Source of the DNA: a virus | Taxonomy: Duplodnaviria > Heunggongvirae > Uroviricota > Caudoviricetes | DNA length: 37,721 bases | Reading direction: 5' to 3' (one strand) | Virus record (IMG/VR): IMGVR_UViG_2778261460_000005 | Location: 1 to 37,721 of that record | Shown here: piece after piece, positions 37,309-37,721 of the stretch | Layout of the letters: every line of letters begins with the position of its first letter | Position numbering within the stretch: the first letter of the stretch is position 1 | Program-made: the position numbers and the translations under genes | The notes under the pieces: model-generated | What the model was told of the DNA's origin: nothing | The model's input: the letters and a program-made list of their open reading frames with translations, nothing else | Databases searched by the model: none

Positions 37309-37721
37309 TGGCGAAAAATGACTTTAAAGCGTTTGCAACTGATCGAAATGCCAATGTTATGTCGCAGGAGGAATGGGAAGCGTTGCCTGCGCTTATATCC
37401 GGATTTACAGCAGGGAAAGCATCCAGTGCGCAAGTCAATAAGGTTATTCGGCAGGCCAGCTTTATTGCTGCAGCTCTGGCCCAGTTTGTAAGTGATAAAA
37501 CGCAACGGGATGTGCTTGATAATGGTGATCTGCCCGGTTTTGTTGAATTGCTGGGATCGGGGTTTGCTGTTGAATACCTGAGCCGCAAGAATCCGTTTGG
37601 CGATATCAAATCGGATGGCACTGTGCAAACGGCTCTCGAAAACCTTGGTTTAAGAGCAAGCGGGCAGTACACCGATAATTTGTTATTTACAGGTCCTGAT
37701 GGTCTTAAGATTCAGGTGTTT
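37308..37721 (+). CDS. tail fibre protein, N-terminal part (truncated by window end)
   Basis: This open frame is absent from the ORF track because no stop is reached. It reads [61 protein letters not shown], a typical conserved tail-fibre N-terminus. The ATG overlaps the preceding TGA. Confidence 0.75.
   Translation, partial: MAKNDFKAFATDRNANVMSQEEWEALPALISGFTAGKASSAQVNKVIRQASFIAAALAQFVSDKTQRDVLDNGDLPGFVELLGSGFAVEYLSRKNPFGDIKSDGTVQTALENLGLRASGQYTDNLLFTGPDGLKIQVF

Overview
The window covers an E. coli-type chromosomal junction (proA, then tRNA-Thr thrW) followed by about 36 kb of a mosaic lambdoid prophage integrated at thrW. The right end of the prophage lies outside the window.

Prophage modules, left to right:
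- P22-type int/xis.
- Lambda-type early-left operon: orf61/63/60a-like genes, exo, bet, gam, kil, cIII, ea10, sieB, N, nutL.
- Lambda immunity region: OL/pL, cI, OR, cro, nutR, cII, oop.
- Lambda O/P replication genes with the ori iterons inside O, then ren.
- A shortened nin region (ninB, E, F, G) with a ninH remnant.
- A phage-21-type Q, a pR'-like promoter and the tR' terminator, then two phage tRNAs (Asn-GUU-like and Thr-UGU).
- A phage-21-type lysis cassette: pinholin S21, SAR endolysin, Rz/Rz1.
- A roughly 2.3 kb accessory island.
- Terminase, portal, head genes and a contractile-tail/baseplate module, ending in a tail-fibre gene truncated by the window edge.

Four loci are not explained by the phage backbone:
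1. The rexA/rexB slot between cI and pL holds a single AT-rich gene for a NYN (PIN-like) nuclease with a basic tail. It has its own promoter-like element, and a strong hairpin plus U-tract ends 8 nt before its ATG. This is my top candidate for an undescribed prophage exclusion or defence function.
2. The Rz-terS slot carries a 59-aa ORF and a cytoplasmic trypsin-fold serine protease, downstream of a perfect 10-bp inverted repeat.
3. A convergent two-gene cassette (a DUF2158-like small protein and an 82-aa unknown) runs antisense to the late transcript.
4. Two moron genes (a secreted protein or lipoprotein, and a 2-TM DUF4282-like protein with its own promoter and terminator) are wedged between the baseplate hub and spike genes.

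All family assignments come from reading motifs and from memory of reference phage proteins. No database search was run.
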